From: an uncultured Planctomycetota bacterium
Lineage (GTDB): Bacteria > Planctomycetota > PLA2 > JAEUHO01
DNA: 64,000 nt
Direction: 5' to 3'
NCBI GenBank assembly: GCA_963752285.1
Contig: CAVVXN010000002.1
Span: forward strand, 256,001 to 320,000
Shown here one piece after another: positions 60,001 to 64,000 of the stretch (position 1 is the first letter of the stretch; each line of letters opens with the position of its first letter). The translations under genes were made by a program, and so were the position numbers. The notes beneath the pieces were generated by a model. It was not told where the DNA came from and made no database searches. It was given only the letters and a program-made list of their open reading frames with translations.

Positions 60001-61519
60001 GGGGCGCGACGGCGAGGCGCGCATCGAGCTCACGTACCGTCTCTTCAACCGCCGTCGTCTCTTCCTCCGCGTGCGCATGCCCGGTCGCTCCCTCCTCTAC
60101 GGCGTGACCGCCGGCGGCGTTCCCGTGAAGCCGCTCGACGGCGGGGACGGCGACCTCCTCGTCCCGATCCCCAAGGTGCCGCTCGGCGGCGGCGGGTACC
60201 CGGTGACCTTGCTCTACCGCGCGCCGGTCGGCGACGCGCTCCCGTCGGGAAGCCTCGAGCTCGTCCTGCCTGAGGTCGTGGGCATCGCGCTCGACCGCAC
60301 GGTCGTCGCCCTCTACGCCCCGGAGGGGTTCCGGTACGACTTCGACACGGACATGACGCCCTCGGAGGCGAAGGACCTGAAGGCCGACCTCGCCGAGGCG
60401 GCCGTGAAGGAGGCGAAGGACCTCCTGGAGGTCGTGAAGAACGGGACCCTCGCGCAGCGCTCCCTCGCGGCGCAGAGCTGCGAGGTCGTCGTGAAACAGG
60501 CGGAGAGCTGGAACGACGGCGCGGGGCGTTCGCGGAGCGGGCTCAACTTCGAGCTCGACCAGGTGCGGCGCGAGCTCGAGGCGCGCGTCGCGACCGTGAA
60601 CAAGGACGTGGAGCGGGAGCAGGCGGTCCGGAGCCAGACGCGCGCGTCGGACCTCTACGCGTCGAATGCGGCCCCGATCCTGCAGACCGAGGACGGGGCG
60701 TTGGAGGCGGGGCAGAACGTGGGCTGGCGCCTCAACCGGCGGGACGCCGAGAAGGGCGGCGCGAAGAACGAGGAGGCCGAGGCGCTGAAGGAGCGGTACG
60801 GGAAGGCGTTCGAGCGGCGGAAGCAGAAGGAGGCGCAGGAGGCGCCGGCGGACGATCTTGGGCAGACGGAGGCGGGGCCGACGTCGGGCGGCGAGGCCAC
60901 CGGGAACGACCTGCACGCGCAGAACCTCGAGGGCCTGAACGCGGCCCTCGCCGAGGACCAGTCGAAGAACGACCAGCTCGGGACCGCCGAACTCGAAGTC
61001 GAGATCACGCAGGCGGCCAACCGGGTGTCGCGACCGCGCGGGCGTCAGAGCGCCTTCTTCCTCTTCGGAGGCGACGCGGACCTCGGTCGTCACGCGAACC
61101 CGCAGATGGGGTTCCCCACGTCCGTTGCCGGTGCCGGTGCCGGTCCCGGTGGCGGCGCCGGGTGGGCGGCCTCCACGAGCTTCGACTCCGGTCTCGTGCC
61201 CTCCGAGGACGGGTACGCAGGCTTCGGCATGCGGTCCTACGGCCTCGGCGGCGGCGGGGGCGGCGCGGTCCAGGCGCCCCGCGGGCGCGGCGGTCTCATG
61301 GGCGTGGACGTCGCCCTCCCCGCGAAGGGAAGGGTCTTCTACTTTCGGAGCCTCAAGGCGGGCTCTCCGATCCGGATCGACGCGTCGCGCGAGGGGCCGG
61401 CGCCCGCGCTCCGCTGGGTGCTCTTCCTCGCGATCGTGGGCCTCGGCGTGGTCCTGACCCTGCTCGTCGGCCGCGCCGCGGCGGGGCGTGCGGCAGGACG
61501 GGTGCCCGCGGCCCGCTGA
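54071..61519 (+). CDS. Giant membrane-anchored protein of unknown function (2482 aa) made of two modules paralogous to the upstream gene
   Basis: GTGA overlap, signal peptide (SSARA), an internal TM bundle at about 57420-57700 and a C-terminal TM. Shares motifs with 50685..54074. Confidence 0.8.
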   Translation: MTRRRRLGAALVRALVPALGLLFALSLASSARAGDDAAEDPEVVVHVPVDQMDVLLEADRRGVLLHYAEYVKLLQEARAHLAEMRGLPPATAAIVRADGTLDLASAEGARLEMRFDVEVLLPGVSYLAFPLDGLGVEDVRVEGGGTYEETGGWQHLRFEGEGVRHVTLTGWARVDQDGPSRVVAMRLPPAAAMALRTTLPPAASGSAIGEGGAIPFQTPVDRREQLSIRPTSDGSVRVAWAPAARAEEGPPVLDAETDTLHVLEDGLVHSRVVVHVNVLRTPVDRIVLRIPPESALRSVGGDGVTGEVRDEDRARVVLSLDKPRRGPWTATLDLETPLEASKAFALPRVLVEGAIRQPGETAVRVGRGVDLESVDVTGGRRLSAGKDPSILRWALADASSRVTCSLTPETVRLEATSTSYLNLTEPGKTLIDAITYRVVKGRCFLLTPSHPAEGWRLASLQVNGRSDGFRRDERADGTVEIRLDGGVPAGGRVAVIARWEQTGLDWVPEQGGVNVRFLVPRAGADHEEGYVGVGADASFQVLDTAVADLAPLGAAELTLRGVSPVGLLFGYRLDGPRPEVTLAVTRRAPRIEAEVVAVARPRPRRLEVEAAVLHTIERAGVRRLLVDVPLWAGDDVRIEAPDVLDAHRLAGASSVPAGFVRWEVSLARRTMGRHALAVRYHEEETSDDWSVPAGRPLAPRLPLDRVDRSVVVERAPGLEVNVLGDAPSRDLAELPPEAAVDPLGVREVVRLPGEMDGPGIQVTKHAGAPVLDAIATAVTIRTAVASEGILRSRASVRLVNVGRQVLEVVLPPRSTLIGAVVDRDPVKPLAGADGRLLIPIPPTRQRGRTTEAHLTWETRLGGPIGGHVTIPSPTFPGLEVLQTHHEVSFDPALRVERVAGDYGALGGARARFAPWVATLLGGLGPRTVTGARSAPARSRGPVGRDVAEPRRAAEEVSLLPSNFTPPEPSDPASVGPDAVVFRDHAEDDDGDGTWQGRGEQRYDAGPPAVTTPPTPTAPGSTPSPTGPPPPAALPPPVAAQPAGGAPAAGRGAPAPGGEGPGAPPSPPRPTAGAPSKKGLLSLDVPVLLSPNRLEAERLGTGGTIEVYVARETTLASRRWIFLLAFVAAGLFFARRSRARRVGTPLVLAGLAFAVYAAFGSEGALEASALLDAATVLVVVLVASWLARATVLRAPRATAASLVLLLLVLAPRTARADGKSAAKPAAKPAAPPTVYVPFDPNDPSVPRADDRVFLPLEAWQRLVRLARPNEDPEVALQGRTGAATAVAHALVVKDGAAEGVTTIDLEKRGPGALWLALPLTGVAVTASSLDGEPVELALEGGMPNVAIEAQGAHHLEIRYRVPLVPTRDGVTLAWRVPPFARAVLDVEAPGFDGVARVEKAARVQASGAGRWHVDLGPIGEVRLALVHPEASEPVVQQRTRAESRVVHLLADGGTESRASVRLHVLQGEARSVTFAVPSDVSILDATGPAVSRWDEVDGGVRLTFSEPVTGSTDVALATFRAAPAPGRQETLPELSVQGTTGESGVVVVLSSVALRVDVDEGGTTGFFRTQVPAKDTWYRIDPSARVVGAWRFAARPTRFVARAEPVEASLATVARASVLFGEGRVRSRFDVEVEIDPRRPLGELVLDAPGTDEVRTLVAPGLDTWWAEGEGEGRTLHLRFGDLVSGRVLVRVAFEKRLAADADTAFAPRLALEGVNRDVGTLVLYALPDVEIAPGALPGLRTIPVASAAGPVPDEDAEARQAFAWDAPLGASLPVALGTPALEVEAVVVSAARPGEEATSVDHLVVFDVRRGLQDRFSLFVPDGGFADADVVRTRDLREIRQEPARRRGADGVEVEGTLYTLRLQTARGGPVEVTVSQALRPDHPLRVVRPEDVKSVHWFTLLGGYADGEVDSKVLGGAPDPAAWDELPFLPTALTAADVVRAWTAREPFVLDVAVRPHTVQLDADAVVRSARAIVVVGRDGEARIELTYRLFNRRRLFLRVRMPGRSLLYGVTAGGVPVKPLDGGDGDLLVPIPKVPLGGGGYPVTLLYRAPVGDALPSGSLELVLPEVVGIALDRTVVALYAPEGFRYDFDTDMTPSEAKDLKADLAEAAVKEAKDLLEVVKNGTLAQRSLAAQSCEVVVKQAESWNDGAGRSRSGLNFELDQVRRELEARVATVNKDVEREQAVRSQTRASDLYASNAAPILQTEDGALEAGQNVGWRLNRRDAEKGGAKNEEAEALKERYGKAFERRKQKEAQEAPADDLGQTEAGPTSGGEATGNDLHAQNLEGLNAALAEDQSKNDQLGTAELEVEITQAANRVSRPRGRQSAFFLFGGDADLGRHANPQMGFPTSVAGAGAGPGGGAGWAASTSFDSGLVPSEDGYAGFGMRSYGLGGGGGGAVQAPRGRGGLMGVDVALPAKGRVFYFRSLKAGSPIRIDASREGPAPALRWVLFLAIVGLGVVLTLLVGRAAAGRAAGRVPAAR

Positions 61520-61527
61520 CCGGGGGC

Positions 61528-61989
61528 TCACCTTCCCGGTGGCGGCGGGGCCGGCAGGAGGAACGGCGTGACCGTCGCCCGCGGGGCGGGGGGCTCGCTC
61601 GAGGACCGATCGACGCGGACGCCGTTCCCTGCGAGCGTGACGCGCAGCCAGGTCTCGCCGGCGACCTCGATCTCGCGCCGGGCGCTCGCGCGGCCGCGGC
61701 CGACGACGACGGACACCGTGTGCGGGCCCGCGCGCAGGTAGACCGCCGGGATGATCACGTTCGGCACCCCGGGCGGGAACCGGACGGGCCCCTCGATCGC
61801 CTTCTTGTCGCCCACGTAGACGAGGAACTCCACCGTGTCGCCGCGCGCGGCCGCCTCGGGCGCGGTCAGCCACACGTGGACGGGCGTGTCGCGGTTCTCC
61901 AGGCTGTACGGGTGGCGGCAGCCGGCGGCCAGGAGGGGCGCGAGACCGACCCAGGCCCAGAGGGCCCTCGACCGGGCACGGTGGAGCAT
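61528..61989 (-). CDS. Hypothetical lipoprotein
   Basis: Lipobox LAAGC followed by a small beta-rich domain. SD AGGAGG. Confidence 0.65.
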   Translation of the reverse strand: MLHRARSRALWAWVGLAPLLAAGCRHPYSLENRDTPVHVWLTAPEAAARGDTVEFLVYVGDKKAIEGPVRFPPGVPNVIIPAVYLRAGPHTVSVVVGRGRASARREIEVAGETWLRVTLAGNGVRVDRSSSEPPAPRATVTPFLLPAPPPPGR

Positions 61990-62164
61990 CGAGGCGGCCT
62001 CCTATCGGGCGTCCGGGAACCGCCTGGGGGCGGTGGCGGGCCCGCGGTAGACTCCGCACCCGCCTGCGGCGCCCGGGCACCGGCCGCGAGCGACCGGTTC
62101 ACCCTACGCGTGCGGATCGGGACGCGCAAGCCGCCGTGGCGGGCCTCGGGCGAGGAGGTGCGGC

Positions 62165-63136
62165 GTGCTGGAGGCGAAGACCGCGGGACGCCTGCGCGGC
62201 CGGAGCGTCGTCTCCACGGAGGACTTCCGAAAGGAAGACCTGCTCCACGTGCTCGACGTGGCCGAGCAGTTCGAGCCGGGACCGGACCGCCGCCGCCACG
62301 CCTCGCGTCGCGACCTCGAGGGGAAGATCCTCGCCCTCCTCTTCTTCGAGCCGTCCACGCGCACGCGTCTCTCGTTCGAGAGCGCGATGCTCCGTCTCGG
62401 GGGGAGCGTGCTCGGCTTCGCGGACGCGAAGATGTCGTCCTCGAGCAAGGGCGAGACGCTCGGAGACACGGCGCGCGTGGTCTCGAACTACTGCGACGCG
62501 ATCGTGCTCCGCCATCCGATGGACGGCGCGGCGCGCCTCGCCGCCGAGGTGAGCGGGGTGCCCGTGATCAACGGCGGAGACGGGAGCAACCAGCACCCGA
62601 CGCAGACCCTGCTCGACCTCTACACGATCCGGAAGGCGACCGGCCGGCTCGACGGGCTGCGCGTCGGCTTCATGGGCGACCTCCGCTACGGCCGAACGGT
62701 GCACAGCCTCACGAACGCGCTTCTCCACTTCGACGTGAAGCTCACGTTCGTCGGGCCGCCGAGCCTGAGGCTGCCCGAGGACCTGCGCGACCACCTCCAG
62801 CGCCTCGGGCGCATGGGCCCCGAGGTCATGCACCTGGAGGAGGTCGAGGCGCTCGACGTCTTGTACGTGACGCGGATCCAGAAGGAGCGGTTCCCGGACC
62901 CGCTCGACTACGAGCGCGTGCGGCACGCGTACCGGGTGAATCGCGCGTCGCTCGAGCGGTTCGGCCCCGACATCAAGGTCTTGCATCCGCTGCCGCGCGT
63001 GAACGAGGTGGACCCGGACGTGGACAGCCACCCGGGCGCGCTCTACTTCGAGCAGACGTTGAACGGCGTCACCGTCCGGATGGCGCTGCTCCACCTCCTG
63101 CTCGCCGACGGGGAGCCGTCGGGAGGCGCGGCGTGA
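62165..63136 (+). CDS. pyrB: Aspartate carbamoyltransferase, catalytic subunit
   Basis: FFEPSTRTRLSF, HPTQTLLD, GDLRYGRTVHSL, TRIQKERF and HPLPR. Confidence 0.97.
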   Translation: MLEAKTAGRLRGRSVVSTEDFRKEDLLHVLDVAEQFEPGPDRRRHASRRDLEGKILALLFFEPSTRTRLSFESAMLRLGGSVLGFADAKMSSSSKGETLGDTARVVSNYCDAIVLRHPMDGAARLAAEVSGVPVINGGDGSNQHPTQTLLDLYTIRKATGRLDGLRVGFMGDLRYGRTVHSLTNALLHFDVKLTFVGPPSLRLPEDLRDHLQRLGRMGPEVMHLEEVEALDVLYVTRIQKERFPDPLDYERVRHAYRVNRASLERFGPDIKVLHPLPRVNEVDPDVDSHPGALYFEQTLNGVTVRMALLHLLLADGEPSGGAA

Positions 63137-63570
63137 GGGGCCCGAAGGACTTCCGCCTGCAGGACGGGACGGTGATCGACCACCTCCCCGTCGGCTTCGC
63201 GGTGCGGGCGCTTCGACTCCTGAAGCTCCCGCGCGAGGGGCCCGTGACGGTGGGCATGAACGTCCCCTCCACGCGCTACGGTCGGAAGGACATCGTGCGC
63301 GTCGAGCGGCTCGCCCTGGAGAAGAGCGACCTCGACCGGCTCGCGCTCCTGGGCGAGCGCATCACCGTCAGCATCGTGAAGGACGGCGACGTGACGGCGA
63401 AGGTCGTCCTCGAGGTCCCGCGGACGGTCGAGGGCATCCTCACGTGCCCCACCCCGACGTGCATCACGAACCACGAGGCCGTGACCACCGTGTTCCACCG
63501 GATCGGGTCGTACCCGTACCGGTTCCGCTGCCACCACTGCGAGCGGACCGCCGCCACGCCCGACCTCTAG
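63133..63570 (+). CDS. pyrI: Aspartate carbamoyltransferase, regulatory subunit
   Basis: GTVIDHL, GMNVPS, KDIV and Zn ligands CPTPTC...CHHCE. GTGA overlap with pyrB. Confidence 0.93.
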   Translation: MRGPKDFRLQDGTVIDHLPVGFAVRALRLLKLPREGPVTVGMNVPSTRYGRKDIVRVERLALEKSDLDRLALLGERITVSIVKDGDVTAKVVLEVPRTVEGILTCPTPTCITNHEAVTTVFHRIGSYPYRFRCHHCERTAATPDL

Positions 63571-63833
63571 CCCGGGCGCCCCATGAAGCACGCGACGGGC
63601 TCGACGAAGGTGCGGATGCAAACCCGAGCTGCGATCGCGAGGAGGTCACGCCTCCGCCTGCCGGGTGTCCTCCGTGCGCCTGGGGCGCGAGGCCGAGGCG
63701 AGAGGAGGCGGCGACCCCGAGTCCGTGCCTCGGATCTCAGGTCGTGGACGACGAGCAACGCCGTCATCGGGGTCCTGGCGTGCCGAGGCCCGCGTGACGT
63801 GCGAAGGTCCATGCGTTGTCCGGCCTAGCCCGC

Positions 63834-64000
63834 ATGCGGCCCTACGAGGAGCACGTCGAGCGTGCGCCGGAAGAGATGCGGGCCCGTGCGCGCGCGTTTC
63901 GGGAGGAGATCGCGCGGCGGCGGAGCGTGCGCCACTTCTCCGACCGACCGATCCCGGAGGGCGTGCTCGAGGACTGCCTTCGCGCCGCGGGGTCCGCGCC
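63834..64000 (+). CDS. Nitroreductase family (iodotyrosine deiodinase-like), N-terminal fragment
   Basis: Manual translation: [56 protein letters not shown] (RRSVRxF...AP motif). Runs off the window edge. Confidence 0.8.
   Translation, partial: MRPYEEHVERAPEEMRARARAFREEIARRRSVRHFSDRPIPEGVLEDCLRAAGSA

Noticed and set aside
53936..62080. Very long antisense and alternate-frame ORFs (e.g. 2714 aa at 53936..62080 -, 2069 aa at 54064..60273 +, 1640 aa at 14238..19160 -, 1343 aa at 3857..7888 -)
   Set aside because: They are Arg/Pro/Gly-rich shadows of real genes, expected when stop codons are scarce at very high GC, and contain no recognisable motifs.
63571..63833. 263-bp gap with two overlapping 81-aa ORFs; possible ncRNA
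   Set aside because: Neither ORF has convincing composition or motifs, and no RNA family was recognisable by eye. An Rfam scan would be needed.

Overview
A very GC-rich (roughly three-quarters G+C by eye) bacterial chromosomal segment of about 52 densely packed genes. It looks Planctomycetota-like, a guess from protein style only. No rRNA, tRNA, CRISPR or mobile element was recognised. Contents in order: (1) an NO-detoxification locus norB(partial)-norA/ric<>norR with a sigma-54 promoter; (2) LPS-core kinases and glycosyltransferases; (3) an MFS transporter, osmoprotectant ABC transporter, hydrolase, class I aldolase, MsbA-like exporter and a degenerate EF-G paralogue; (4) a five-gene, translationally coupled unit joining diverged V/A-ATPase stator subunits (G, I/a, E, with no rotor or catalytic subunits) to an MCE protein and an MlaF-MlaE fusion; (5) a surface-protein cluster and aat; (6) a complete F-type ATP synthase operon; (7) lipid A and ADP-heptose/LPS-core genes, including a nucleotidyltransferase-kinase fusion; (8) a MoxR ATPase followed by two giant membrane-anchored proteins built from three paralogous modules, one with an internal signal-peptide-like junction; (9) pyrBI and a partial nitroreductase. 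The best candidates for undescribed systems are (4) and (8). A 29-bp palindromic motif recurs in three promoter regions, and many genes carry a leaderless-promoter signature. All protein assignments come from motif recognition by eye; no database searches were run.
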